Positions 40,144 through 48,797 are shown, counted from the stretch's first letter. The stretch: 64,000 nucleotides of DNA from Myxococcota bacterium (GCA_039028615.1 JBCCHT010000002.1:192001-256000); one strand, 5' to 3'. Program-made: numbers and translations. The notes: generated by a model from the sequence alone, not told the origin.

Positions 40144-40872
40144 GACCACCGCGGTCATGTTGTCGGTCCCGCCCGCTTCATAGGCGGCCGACACCAGCTG
40201 ATGCGTGGCCTCGGCCGCGTGATCACAGCTGAGCGCCTCCACGAGCTGCTGCGAGCGCAGCGGCTCCCAGACGCCGTCCGAGCACAGCAGCAGGACATCG
40301 CCCGCCCGCAGCTCATCGGTCACGACATCGGCCTCGAGCGGACCCGGCATGCCCACCGCACGGGTCAGCACGTGACGGTAGCCCGCCATGGCCGCGGACT
40401 CCTCGGGCAGGCCGGCGCGGCGAGCCTCCTCCACGAAGGAGTGGTCCCGGGTCAAGCGCTGGAGCTGGCCGTCACGGAGCCGATACACCCGACTGTCGCC
40501 GACGTGACCGACCGCGATCCGGGTGCCGTCCCATGCCACCACCACCGCGGTGGAGCCCATCCGAGACAGCCGTCCCTCGCGCTGAGCCAGCACGCACACG
40601 TGGGCATGCCGAAGGCCCACCGAGACCTGATCGGCCAAGGGATCGCAGGTGGGTCGCGCCGCGAAGGGCCAGGTCGCCTCGGAGTCTTGCTGCCCCCGCG
40701 CGAACAGCTCGACCAGGCGCTCGACTACGATGCGGCTCGCCACTTCGCCACCTTCATAACCGCCCATGCCATCGGCCACGACGATCAATCCGAGGTCGGG
40801 TCGGAGGGCATGCGCGTCTTCGTTGTTGCGACGACGACCCACATGTGAAAACGCGCTGCAATGGAGTTCCAT
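40096..40872 (-). CDS. PP2C-family Ser/Thr phosphatase
   Basis: RRNNED, VADGMGG, HVGDSRVY, LCSDG, GGTDNMT. Confidence 0.93.
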   Translation of the reverse strand: MELHCSAFSHVGRRRNNEDAHALRPDLGLIVVADGMGGYEGGEVASRIVVERLVELFARGQQDSEATWPFAARPTCDPLADQVSVGLRHAHVCVLAQREGRLSRMGSTAVVVAWDGTRIAVGHVGDSRVYRLRDGQLQRLTRDHSFVEEARRAGLPEESAAMAGYRHVLTRAVGMPGPLEADVVTDELRAGDVLLLCSDGVWEPLRSQQLVEALSCDHAAEATHQLVSAAYEAGGTDNMTAVVLRVTGDQAVAAKQGA

Positions 40873-40884
40873 GCTCGCTTTCGA

Positions 40885-40900
40885 AGCGAGCATCGTGCCG
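40885..40900 (-). promoter_or_regulatory. possible sigma-54 promoter for the PP2C gene
   Basis: Minus strand CGGCACG-ATGC-TCGCT keeps GG-N10-GC; 12 nt upstream of the ATG. Confidence 0.4.
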
Positions 40901-41055
40901 TCGCCAAGGCCCCGGAATCACGAGATCGGGTGGGGTTTGCGCTCCTCGGTCGGCCTGTTGTTGGAGCCAAACCCGGGGTCCGCAGCCCCACCCCAAACCG
41001 CGCTCTAGTGCCCGAATACGGTCGAATTCAGCCAGGTCATTTTCGATCGAACCGA

Positions 41056-41075
41056 TGTCTCACGCTGGTGAGACA
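41056..41075. promoter_or_regulatory. perfect palindrome upstream of cas6 (operator or hairpin)
   Basis: TGTCTCAC-GCTG-GTGAGACA, 31 nt before the ATG. Confidence 0.5.
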
Positions 41076-41106
41076 GCCCCCCCGTAGGCTGATTTCGTAC
41101 CAAGTC

Positions 41107-41733
41107 ATGGAGGCTCACGAACTCGTCGATGTCGGTTTTCCTCTGCGGGGAGGCAAGCTCCCCACAGACCACGGATACCTACTCTTCTCCGCGCTGTGCG
41201 AGGCTCTCCCACGCCTCAGTCATGAACCCGGGTGGGCTCTCCACCTCATCGACGGCAAGCGCGAAGGCCCCCGTAAGATCCGATTGGGACCACGCTCGAT
41301 GGTGCGGCTGCGACTACCCGCCCGAGAGCTCGGCGAAGCACTCTCCTTGACTGGTCGCGACCTCGCTGTCGGCAGCGATCGTGTGCACCTGGGAATGGCA
41401 AAGGTCAAACCACTGGCCCCCGCCTCCCGACTCCGCTCCGCGGTCGTTACCACTCCCGGCTGCAACCGCTCGAGCTTTGAAGCCACGCTGCGGCGAGAAT
41501 TGGCCACCCTGCCCCTCGGGCAGGACCCATCCACCATCGAGCTCGAGGTGGGCGTAGAGCGCTTGCTTCGCGCAAGGGTTCGGACGGTGACCGGCTTCGA
41601 GGTCGTTCTTTCCAATCTCCGCCCCCACGCCTCGCTGTGCATCCAAGCAGAAGGACTCGGTGCTCGACGCCACATGGGCGCCGGTGTCTTTCTTCCTCTC
41701 AATGAGCCTCGATCCGTCCCTGATTCAGAATGA
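41107..41733 (+). CDS. cas6: orphan CRISPR-associated endoribonuclease Cas6 (I-MYXAN/Cmx6-like)
   Basis: VDVGFPLRGGKLPTDHGYLLFSAL N-terminus; LRLRLP-like strand; C-terminal G-rich loop GLGARRHMGAGVF; 208 aa. Confidence 0.85.
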   Translation: MEAHELVDVGFPLRGGKLPTDHGYLLFSALCEALPRLSHEPGWALHLIDGKREGPRKIRLGPRSMVRLRLPARELGEALSLTGRDLAVGSDRVHLGMAKVKPLAPASRLRSAVVTTPGCNRSSFEATLRRELATLPLGQDPSTIELEVGVERLLRARVRTVTGFEVVLSNLRPHASLCIQAEGLGARRHMGAGVFLPLNEPRSVPDSE

Positions 41734-41752
41734 CTATGGCGACTATTTCGTA

Positions 41753-41922
41753 GTGTCCGTGCTTCGTGTGCCGTGAGCGAGCTTCGTCGCATCTGTCGCG
41801 TTGCCGCCCCCGAATGGCCGTGAAGGTAGGAGAGGGTGACTCTTACCCTCACGGCAGCGACAACGAGACAACGTAGGTTGGTTAGCCGTGGCGAACCTCG
41901 ACTGCGTCGCATGAAGTACGAC
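41753..41922 (+). ncRNA. putative structured non-coding RNA (long rod with internal bubbles)
   Basis: Nested stems: 41755-70 with 41908-22; cgagcttcgtcgc with gtggcgaacctcg; tgtcgcgttgccgc with gcgacaacgagaca; gccgtgaaggtaggag with ctcttaccctcacggc. G-U pairs favour the + strand. Confidence 0.6.
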
Positions 41923-41923
41923 T

Positions 41924-41960
41924 GGCCCGCTTCCCTTCGGGGAAGCGGGCCTCTTTATTT
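41924..41960 (+). terminator. strong intrinsic terminator
   Basis: ggcccgcttccc-ttcg-gggaagcgggcc, 12-bp stem with cUUCGg loop, then tctttattt. Confidence 0.85.
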
Positions 41961-41981
41961 GGTTCGTCGGGTCGTCCGCGA

Positions 41982-42515
41982 TCACGCGAAATAGCGCGCC
42001 ACGCCCTCGAGCTGTGGTCGCGCGGGCACGTGCTCGAGCAGGGTGGCTGCGCTGCACCACGGCCCTTCGATCGCCGACAGCCAGCCGAGCACCGCCCCCG
42101 CCGCCTCGGGCTTCATCATCGCCATGCGGTGCATCGTGACCTGTAGCGAGGTCGCTCGATCTCGCGCGGGATCGAAGCGCCACTGATAGTCCCCCCACGC
42201 GACCCGGACCTCTCGGCTGCCCCGCTCGGTCATGCCCACGATCCACTTGCAGCTCATCGTGGTCGCCGTGGACTCCACCGTCTCGGGGATGCACAGCGTA
42301 TAGATGTTCTCGCACTGCTGACCGAGGGCACGGAAGGTCTCGGTGATCGCCTCGATCCCCTCCCGTGGGGTGTCGTTACCGAAGTCGGTCTCGAAGTCGA
42401 AGCGCGAGACGAACACCGCGTCCTCGGCGAACGCGAGCGGAAACAGGTGGGGCCGGCACTCGTCCTTGGCCTGCAGATATGCCCGGACGACGCGATCATG
42501 AAGGGGTCGAAGCAT
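41982..42515 (-). CDS. SnoaL/NTF2-like hypothetical protein
   Basis: VVRAYLQAKD..RPHL...AFAEDAVF...EGIEAI pattern. Confidence 0.6.
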   Translation of the reverse strand: MLRPLHDRVVRAYLQAKDECRPHLFPLAFAEDAVFVSRFDFETDFGNDTPREGIEAITETFRALGQQCENIYTLCIPETVESTATTMSCKWIVGMTERGSREVRVAWGDYQWRFDPARDRATSLQVTMHRMAMMKPEAAGAVLGWLSAIEGPWCSAATLLEHVPARPQLEGVARYFA

Positions 42516-42550
42516 GAACAGAAGCTAGTGCCGCTCGCTCCCGTCCGCCC

Positions 42551-42586
42551 GGACACCCGGCGACGCAAAACGGACCCAACGCGACG
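42551..42586 (-). promoter_or_regulatory. tandem AraC-type binding half-sites (21-bp spacing)
   Basis: ggacacccggcgacg (42551) and ggacccaacgcgacg (42572), between the AraC gene and the gene downstream of it. Confidence 0.5.
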
Positions 42587-42608
42587 AATTGCGGTCGCGA
42601 CGTGCCCG

Positions 42609-43631
42609 TCAGCGCAGGGAGCGGCGAAACTGAGCCGGCGTCGACCCGCTCATCCGCTTGAAGGCCCGCCGAAACGAACGCTCGTCGGCGTAGCCCAGGA
42701 CGAACGCGACCTCCTCCACGCTCAGCCGCGGATCGGCCAGAAGCTGCCGCCCGTGCTCCTCCCGGGTCTCGTCGAGCAGGGTGCGTAGGGTCGTGCCGTG
42801 CGAGGCGACGTGTCGCTGGAGCACGCGCAGGCTCATGCCCATGCGCTTGGCCAGCGCCTCCGCCCCGTACTCCGAGCGGGCCGCGTTGTCGGCCAGCGCC
42901 GCGCGAAGCGGTGCCAGGCCGTCGTCCTTCTCGCCGCGCACCAGCAGCCGCTCTCGCGCCAGATCGAGGTGCCGCTGGATGTAGTCGAAGAGCTTGGGGT
43001 CACGGGTTCGTGGGGCCGTCGACAGCTCGGCCGCATCGAAGACCAGCGCATTGTCGGCCGCCTCGAACGCGACCGGGACCCCGAAGTAGGCCTGGTACTG
43101 CGCTGCGCTGCCGATCGGCGGGAACGCGAAGGACACCCCTTCGAGAGCGTCCTTCATGCCGATGACTTCGTCCACGAAGCGCATGCCGAGGGCCAGCCCG
43201 ACCATCGCCGCCGCGCCTCGATCGTCGCGATCAGTCGGGTGCCGAAACCACAGCTGAGCTCGTCGCTCGGAGACCTCGAGCCCCGCCGCGAGTTCGCTGG
43301 ACAGCACCGTACGAAAGCGCAGGAAGACATCCAGAGCCTGGCGCAGATCCTCGGCGTACTGCGCTCCGAATGCCAGCGGACCGAGAAAGCTCAGCGGCGT
43401 GCTCGCGGCCATCTTCAGCGGCAGCGCCTCACCCGGGTTCAGCTCGAGCATGCGACGCCAGATCTTGGAGACCACCTCGTTGGGAAAGCGGGCGTCGGCT
43501 GCCGTCAGCTCGGCCATGGACAGCCCCGTCGTCGTCGCCACCTCGTCGTGGCTCATGTCATGGGCCAGAGCAAAGAGCACCGTGGCCGTGACCACCGTGC
43601 CGGACATGCCCGGCTGAATCGCGTCGTCCAT
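42609..43631 (-). CDS. AraC-family transcriptional regulator
   Basis: LAKRMGMSLRVLQRH, LSVEEVAFVLGYADERSFRRAFKRMSGSTPAQFR. Confidence 0.93.
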   Translation of the reverse strand: MDDAIQPGMSGTVVTATVLFALAHDMSHDEVATTTGLSMAELTAADARFPNEVVSKIWRRMLELNPGEALPLKMAASTPLSFLGPLAFGAQYAEDLRQALDVFLRFRTVLSSELAAGLEVSERRAQLWFRHPTDRDDRGAAAMVGLALGMRFVDEVIGMKDALEGVSFAFPPIGSAAQYQAYFGVPVAFEAADNALVFDAAELSTAPRTRDPKLFDYIQRHLDLARERLLVRGEKDDGLAPLRAALADNAARSEYGAEALAKRMGMSLRVLQRHVASHGTTLRTLLDETREEHGRQLLADPRLSVEEVAFVLGYADERSFRRAFKRMSGSTPAQFRRSLR

Positions 43632-43971
43632 CGGTCCCGTGCGGCTCGGTGCGAAAGCGCCCCATGATCGTCTCGATGTCGGGCCCGGTTCAAGCGCAAT
43701 GCCGGGGAGCCCGCACGCGCAGACGAACGGTGTCGGAGCCCGCGTTTCGACCGACGGACAACAAGCACTCGGAGGGAACGGTTCGACCGCAAACGAGTCG
43801 AGAACACGTCCACGAACCCAAGCGTTGGAGCCGTGCGCTCACCAGCCCAACCCGAAAGGGTCACAACGGGCGCTGTCGACCGCCCAGGAGCCACACCGTC
43901 GACACACGCTGCTAGGCTGAGTCGGTGCTTCGGGTATCCGAGCCGCGCCGTCGTAGTGAAGGGGTCGATCG

Positions 43972-44740
43972 ATGACGCTCGATCTCGAGTTCGTCGCGAT
44001 CGGAGCCCGCACCCCGGTAGGCCTCACCGCGCAAACCAGTACGGCGGCCATCCGGGCGGGAGTCTCACGCCTCCGCGAGTTCTCGTTCATCGCGGCCAAC
44101 GGCAAGCCCGTGGTCTTGGGCACCGACCCCCTCCTCGACGATCGCATCGAAGGCCGCGACCGCATGCGGGTCATGCTCGAGTCGGCCCTCGACCAAGCCC
44201 TCGCGAAAATCGGACCGCACCTGGCCCAGGCCCGCACGAGCTGCGACGTCTTGCTCGCCCTCCCCGAGACCCGCCCCGGCTTCTCCGACCCCGAAGCGCA
44301 GTGGATGTGCCAGGTCGCGCAGGTCCGCCTCCACCAGCACGGCATCGCCTGCAACGCGCTGTTGGCCGGCCGCGGCCACGCGGGCGCGCTGGCAGCCGTC
44401 GAACAGGCCACCCGAAGGGCGGAGCAACGGCGGCAGGCGGGCGAGGACGCCGTATTCGTCATCGCGGGCGCCGACAGCTACCACGACGCGCGCACGCTGC
44501 TTTGGCTGGAGTCCGAGCAGCGGCTGGCCATGCCCACCGTTCGCAACGGGTTCACCCCCGGCGAAGCGGCGGGCGCCCTGGTCCTCACCACCAAGGCCAT
44601 TCGTCGATCGTTGGGCCTGCCGTGCCTGGCGTCGCTCGACGGGGTGGGGCTCGCCCGGGAGGCACTGCTGCGAGACAGCGATACCGGGTCCTTCGGCCAG
44701 GGCCTGAGCCACGCCGTCAGCCAGGCCGCCCATGCGCTCT
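43972..44740 (+). pseudogene. truncated beta-ketoacyl synthase-like protein of toxin-delivery (PAAR-like) loci
   Basis: GARTPVGLTAQTSTAAIRAG, GHAG, AGADSY and GFTPGEAAG motifs; after ~44740 the frame becomes Arg-rich nonsense until the stop at 44940. Confidence 0.65.
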
Positions 44741-45368
44741 CCACGCCGACTTGGGGGAGACGGAGGAGACCCAGGCCGATGCGTCGGCGCTGGAATCCGC
44801 GCTCAAGGGCAAGAAATTCGAGCCCCGCGACATCAGCATGTTGGGCGTGGTGCATTGTCAGTGCGGAGATGCCAAGGCCGCGGCGCGCTCGACGATGCAG
44901 CGGTCGGGCGACTTCACCGCGGCCGCGTCTGGATACCTGACTCCCGCGTATACCGACTACAAGAATGCCGCTGCCGTCGTCGCGAAGATCAAGACGCATG
45001 CAGCCAACGAAAAAGCGTTCAACAAAGCGCTCGACCTCGCAAGGACACGACGGGCTGCATTCGTAAAATTGCAAAAGGAAGCCCCGGGCACGGCGCCGCA
45101 GGTCAACGTCCCGGGAGCGTGCGCGGCCCCCAAAGCGATGCTCTTGTTGCTCGAAGACGGAGGCCAGCCGGGTGCACTCACCGAGCGCTGGTGCGGCAGC
45201 CCGACCATGGCCAACCCGGTCGAACATTTCGACGAAACGAGCGGCGTCCGTGTCCGCGTCACCGACCGGGTCTTCGAGTATGGGAATTCAGTGCCTCCCT
45301 GCTTGGCCTGTGATGCCCTGCTGCCTCTGCTGCTGTGTGACAAGGACAAGCCATGTCACAAGAAGTAG
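44738..45368 (+). pseudogene. headless polymorphic toxin C-terminal domain (Cys-motif, deaminase-like pattern)
   Basis: Different frame: LHADLGETEETQ...PGACAAPKA...VPPCLAC...CHKK; stop overlaps the SMI1 gene start. Confidence 0.55.
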
Positions 45369-46120
45369 ATCCGTCGGAGCTCGAGCCCGAGCTCGAGGCG
45401 TTGCTGGTGCGCCTCGTCCCCGACATGCGCTCGCGGTGGCAGAGCGCGTCCGAGGCCGACATCGAAGCGCTCGAGACCATCGCCGGCGAGGAGCTGCCTC
45501 GCTGCTACCAGTGGTTCTTGCGCCGCCTGGGACGAGGTTGGGCGGACATCGGGTTCGGGACCCACGACTTCTCCGCGCAGACCATCGTGGCGGGACACGC
45601 CAGGGGTCTGTTCCCGCCGCACGAGGGCATGATGTGCATCGCCCACGACACCGCCGAGTGGGAACCCCAGCTGCGCTACTACGACCTGGCGCATCCCGCT
45701 GACGACGACGCGCCCGTGTTCATGGCCGGGCCCGAGGCAGAGGACTTCGAAGGCGAGTACGAGAGCCTCCGGGCCCTCATCGCGTCGACCATCTTCAGAA
45801 ACCACTACGTGCGACGCATGCCGCATCGCTGCGCGGGTCTGCTGGTGGACGACGGAGAAGGCAACGCGACGACCGCTCTGCTTCCCGTGCTGGAGGACCT
45901 CGGCTTCAGTACCCCTGTGGCGACCGGGTCCCTGTGCCAGCTCTACGAGGATGGCACCCATGTGCTGCACAGCTATCGCTCCCCCGAGTCGACCGCGCCC
46001 TACGTGCTGCCCTTCGACCTCGGCGCCCCTTCGGTGGCCGCGCTGCGCAAGCTGCTCGGCATCATCTGCACATCGACCGATCTAGTGGCCGAGAACCTGA
46101 CCTGGGATCCCGCTCTGTGA
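45353..46120 (+). CDS. SMI1/KNR4-family immunity protein
   Basis: ASEADIEALETIAGEELPRCYQWFLRRLG...DDAPVF. Confidence 0.8.
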   Translation: MSQEVDPSELEPELEALLVRLVPDMRSRWQSASEADIEALETIAGEELPRCYQWFLRRLGRGWADIGFGTHDFSAQTIVAGHARGLFPPHEGMMCIAHDTAEWEPQLRYYDLAHPADDDAPVFMAGPEAEDFEGEYESLRALIASTIFRNHYVRRMPHRCAGLLVDDGEGNATTALLPVLEDLGFSTPVATGSLCQLYEDGTHVLHSYRSPESTAPYVLPFDLGAPSVAALRKLLGIICTSTDLVAENLTWDPAL

Positions 46121-46184
46121 CCCGGCTGCGGCCCTGAGCACCGCCGTTCTCGCCACGCCACGGGAGAAACTCGCCCGATCGAGA

Positions 46185-46238
46185 TGGACTAAATTGCACG
46201 AAATCTGGCCTGAATTGGCGATCGTTCCCCCCGAATTG
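46185..46238 (+). promoter_or_regulatory. three 21-bp-spaced direct repeats (AraC-type sites)
   Basis: TGGACTAAATTG (46185), TGGCCTGAATTG (46206), CCCCCCGAATTG (46227). Confidence 0.5.
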
Positions 46239-46268
46239 CCGGCTATCGTCTCGGACAGCGACTCCACC

Positions 46269-46907
46269 ATGACCGACGCAATGCAAGTCCAGATCGAAGC
46301 GTGGGAGCACGGCGCTCCCATCCCCGCGCAGTACGCCTTCGGCAAGCCGGGGACGGACGGCCCCTTCGCCACCAGCGACAACGTGAACCCGGCCATCCGC
46401 TGGTCGAACGCGCCCGAGGGCACACGCTCGTTCGTGATCCTCTGCCACGATCCCGACGTCCCTTCGTCGGGGGAGGACGTGAACCAAGAGGGCAAGACGG
46501 TGCCTGCTGGACTGCCGCGCGTGGACTTCTTCCACTGGATCCTCGTGGACATCTCGGCCAGCGTGTCGAGCATCGACGAGGGTGCCGCGTCACGGGGGGT
46601 CACCGCGCACGGCAAGGCGGTCGGGCGCACCGAGCACGGGGTGACCGGCGCGAACGACTACACCGGTTGGTTCGCGGGCGACGCCTCGATGGAGGGCAGC
46701 TACGGAAGCTACGACGGCCCCTGCCCGCCGTGGAACGACAGCATCGTGCACCACTACCACTTCACCGTGTTCGCGCTCGACGTCGAGTCGCTCGGCCTCG
46801 AGGGTGACTTCACCGGTCAAGACGTACGCAAGGCCATGGAGGGGCACATCCTCGGGCAGGCCTCGCACATGGGCACCTACTCGATGAACCCCGCCGTGTC
46901 CGCCTGA
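46269..46907 (+). CDS. YbhB/YbcL family (PEBP/RKIP-like) protein
   Basis: CHDPDVP, FFHWIL, YDGPCPP, HHYHFTVFALD. Confidence 0.92.
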   Translation: MTDAMQVQIEAWEHGAPIPAQYAFGKPGTDGPFATSDNVNPAIRWSNAPEGTRSFVILCHDPDVPSSGEDVNQEGKTVPAGLPRVDFFHWILVDISASVSSIDEGAASRGVTAHGKAVGRTEHGVTGANDYTGWFAGDASMEGSYGSYDGPCPPWNDSIVHHYHFTVFALDVESLGLEGDFTGQDVRKAMEGHILGQASHMGTYSMNPAVSA

Positions 46908-46928
46908 CGCTCGGGGTCGTCTGCACGC

Positions 46929-47774
46929 ATGCTGAGGGTGCCGCAGGACTTCGAGGCGCAGTGGGCCCACGCCACGGTGCGCGTGCCCGAGGCCTGCGTG
47001 GTGCCCTACCGAGCGACCACCCCGGTGCACTCCGCCCGTGCCCTCGTCACCCAGCCGACCTTGGTGCTGGTGCGCACGGGCACCAAGCAGCTGCAGCCAC
47101 AAGACGCCCAGCACGTGCTCACGGCGGAGGCCGGCTCGGTCCTCGCCATGCGCTCGGGTACTCACGTGATGTCCGAGTTCCAGGGCGAGGACGCGGCCTA
47201 CTCCAGCCTCATCGTCGCGGTCGATCGCGGCTTCCTCAGCCAGGCGGTCGGCATTCCCCAGGCGAGCCCGGGGGGTCCGCGGGTCGTGGTCTCCACCCCG
47301 TCGGGACACGCTCGTCAGCTGCTCGAGCGGCTCCCCGAGGTCATGGCCAGTCCATTGCCGGACATCGAGCGCCAGTTCAAGCTGCGAGAGCTGCTGGTGG
47401 CGGTGATGGCCGACCCCGCGCTGCGTCGGCTGCTGTTCAGCGAGGTGACCGACTGGGGCCGCACCATCGAGGAACGCATCACGTCCGTGGTCACCACCCA
47501 CGGCCTGAGCCCGCTGCAGGTCCCCGACATGGCCGGCCTGTGTGCGATGAGCCTGTCGTCGTTCAAGCGCCACTTCAAGGGGGTGTACGGCACCACGCCC
47601 GGCAAGTGGCTGGCCAAGGCCCGGCTCGACCACGCGCACTCCATGGTGATGGGCGGGGGCGCGTCCGTGTCCCAGATCTCCGAGGCGAGCGGCTACCGCG
47701 ACGTCTCGGCCTTCGTTCGTGCCTTTCGGCGGCAGTTCGGCACCACGCCGGGCAGCCTACGCCGCCAGCGTTGA
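46929..47774 (+). CDS. AraC-family transcriptional regulator
   Basis: CAMSLSSFKRHF, VSQISEASGYRDVSAFVRAFRRQFGTTPG. Confidence 0.92.
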   Translation: MLRVPQDFEAQWAHATVRVPEACVVPYRATTPVHSARALVTQPTLVLVRTGTKQLQPQDAQHVLTAEAGSVLAMRSGTHVMSEFQGEDAAYSSLIVAVDRGFLSQAVGIPQASPGGPRVVVSTPSGHARQLLERLPEVMASPLPDIERQFKLRELLVAVMADPALRRLLFSEVTDWGRTIEERITSVVTTHGLSPLQVPDMAGLCAMSLSSFKRHFKGVYGTTPGKWLAKARLDHAHSMVMGGGASVSQISEASGYRDVSAFVRAFRRQFGTTPGSLRRQR

Positions 47775-47798
47775 TCCCTACGCCTTGGTTTCTTCGGC

Positions 47799-48797
47799 AT
47801 GACGACATCCCCTTCTTCGTTCGTTCGAGCTTCCTTCGGCCTGCTCGTCCTCGGTCTGAGCCCGGCGTGCAAGAGCCCGCCCCCTCCCCCGCTGCCCCCC
47901 GCGACCACCGAGCACACTGCGACCGCCGAGCGACTCCGCGAGCACGTCACGATGCTCGCCACGACCATCGGCGGTCGCGACATGGATCACCCCGAGCAGC
48001 TGGAAGCGGCCGCGATCTACATCGAGTCGGAATGGAAGAAGCAGGGCTATGTGCCTCGGCGCCAGTGCTTCGATGTTCGAGGTCAGTCGGTCTGCAACGT
48101 CGAAGTCGAGCGGACCGGCACCACCACGCCGAAAGAAATCGTCCTGGTGGGCGCCCACTACGACACCGCGTGGAACAACCCGGGCGCCAACGACAACGGC
48201 TCGGGAGTCGCGGCCATGCTCGAGCTGTCGCGCTCGTTCTCGCAGCGGGACTCGGCGCGGACGCTGCGATTCGTGGCCTTCGTGAACGAGGAGCCCCCCT
48301 ACTTTCATACCGAGGCCATGGGCAGCCTGGTCTACGCTCGCGCCGCGGCGAAGCGGGGCGACGACATCGTGGGCATGCTCTCGCTCGAGACGATGGGCTA
48401 CTACACCACGGAGCCCGGCAGCCAGAACTACCCCAAGATCATCGCGCCGCTGTACCCCGATCGCGGCAACTTCGTGGCGGTGGTCGGCAACGGGCGCTCA
48501 CGCAAGTTCGTCAAGCAGGTCGTGAAGGCCTTCGAGTCGTACACGCCCTTCCCCGTCGAGTTCATCGCCGCGACCGACGAGATTCAGGGCATCGGCTGGT
48601 CGGATCACTGGTCGTTCTACAAACAGGGCTATCCCGCGGTGATGGTCACCGACACCGCCCCCAACCGCTACGAGCACTACCACAGCTCCCGCGACACACC
48701 GGACAAGCTCGACTACCGATCGACGTCGTACGTGGTGCTGGCCTTGCGCGACGTGATCGGTGACCTGACGCAGGTCGAAACGACCCCGTCGTCCTAG
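47799..48797 (+). CDS. M28-family peptidase lipoprotein
   Basis: GAHYD, GANDNGSG, NEEPP, SLETMG, SDHWSF, YH. Confidence 0.92.
   Translation: MTTSPSSFVRASFGLLVLGLSPACKSPPPPPLPPATTEHTATAERLREHVTMLATTIGGRDMDHPEQLEAAAIYIESEWKKQGYVPRRQCFDVRGQSVCNVEVERTGTTTPKEIVLVGAHYDTAWNNPGANDNGSGVAAMLELSRSFSQRDSARTLRFVAFVNEEPPYFHTEAMGSLVYARAAAKRGDDIVGMLSLETMGYYTTEPGSQNYPKIIAPLYPDRGNFVAVVGNGRSRKFVKQVVKAFESYTPFPVEFIAATDEIQGIGWSDHWSFYKQGYPAVMVTDTAPNRYEHYHSSRDTPDKLDYRSTSYVVLALRDVIGDLTQVETTPSS

Noticed and set aside
41800..41950. Riboswitch (cobalamin or SAM-I) or group II intron domain V
   Set aside because: Only short fragments resemble these motifs, the core elements are missing, and no gene follows on the same strand
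41734..41981. CRISPR array next to cas6
   Set aside because: No repeated 25-40 bp units with regular spacers; only a 6-nt motif at irregular spacing
41743..42315. 190-aa minus-strand ORF covering the putative ncRNA
   Set aside because: Out-of-frame shadow of the SnoaL-like gene, no recognisable motifs, and it crosses a terminator
43833..45368. 511-aa track ORF as one real protein
   Set aside because: The first ~300 aa are an Arg/Pro-rich shadow of the KS-like gene; only the part after ~44738 looks coding
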